Of a stretch of DNA of 64,000 nt, positions 63,924-64,000 are shown piece after piece. Every line of letters begins with the position of its first letter. The first letter of the stretch is position 1. The translations under genes were made by a program, and so were the position numbers. The stretch comes from Octopus bimaculoides (lineage: Eukaryota). The DNA lies in NCBI RefSeq assembly GCF_001194135.2, contig NC_068981.1:3052710-3116709 (forward strand), written 5' to 3'. The notes under the pieces are model-generated. The model had not been told where the DNA came from. It did no database searches and saw only the letters and a list, made by a program, of their open reading frames with translations.

Positions 63924-64000
63924 ATATATATATCATCATCATCATCATCATCATCGTTTAACGTCCGCTTTCCATGCTAGCATGGGTTGGACGATTTGAC

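Overview
AT-rich (cephalopod-like, probably Octopus) nuclear DNA, dense in microsatellites and SINEs, with three N gaps (26209-27147, 29224-29408, 36485-37130). The window is dominated by one complete minus-strand gene, a HECT E3 ubiquitin ligase of the UBE3B type. I reconstructed 30 coding exons by hand (49963->4396); all have GT-AG junctions with consistent phases and join to 3207 nt = 1068 aa + TAG, with an N-terminal IQ motif and a C-terminal HECT domain ([15 protein letters not shown]). The ATG sits directly behind a splice acceptor, so a 5' non-coding exon lies further upstream (unresolved, probably in the CpG-richer 53-57.7 kb zone, which holds a perfect RFX X-box). Introns and flanks contain several tRNA-derived SINE families with apparently swapped bodies/tails, RTE, CR1/L2-like and R4/Dong-like LINE fragments, TTAA- and TA-flanked MITEs and a decayed mitochondrial cox2 NUMT. 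The most notable accessory signal is a ~490-bp foldback element with ~214-bp arms whose loop carries a near-canonical minimal hammerhead ribozyme (31779-31823). Further degenerate hammerhead-like motifs occur elsewhere, suggesting Penelope-like/retrozyme-type elements. Family assignments are from motif recognition only; no searches were run.
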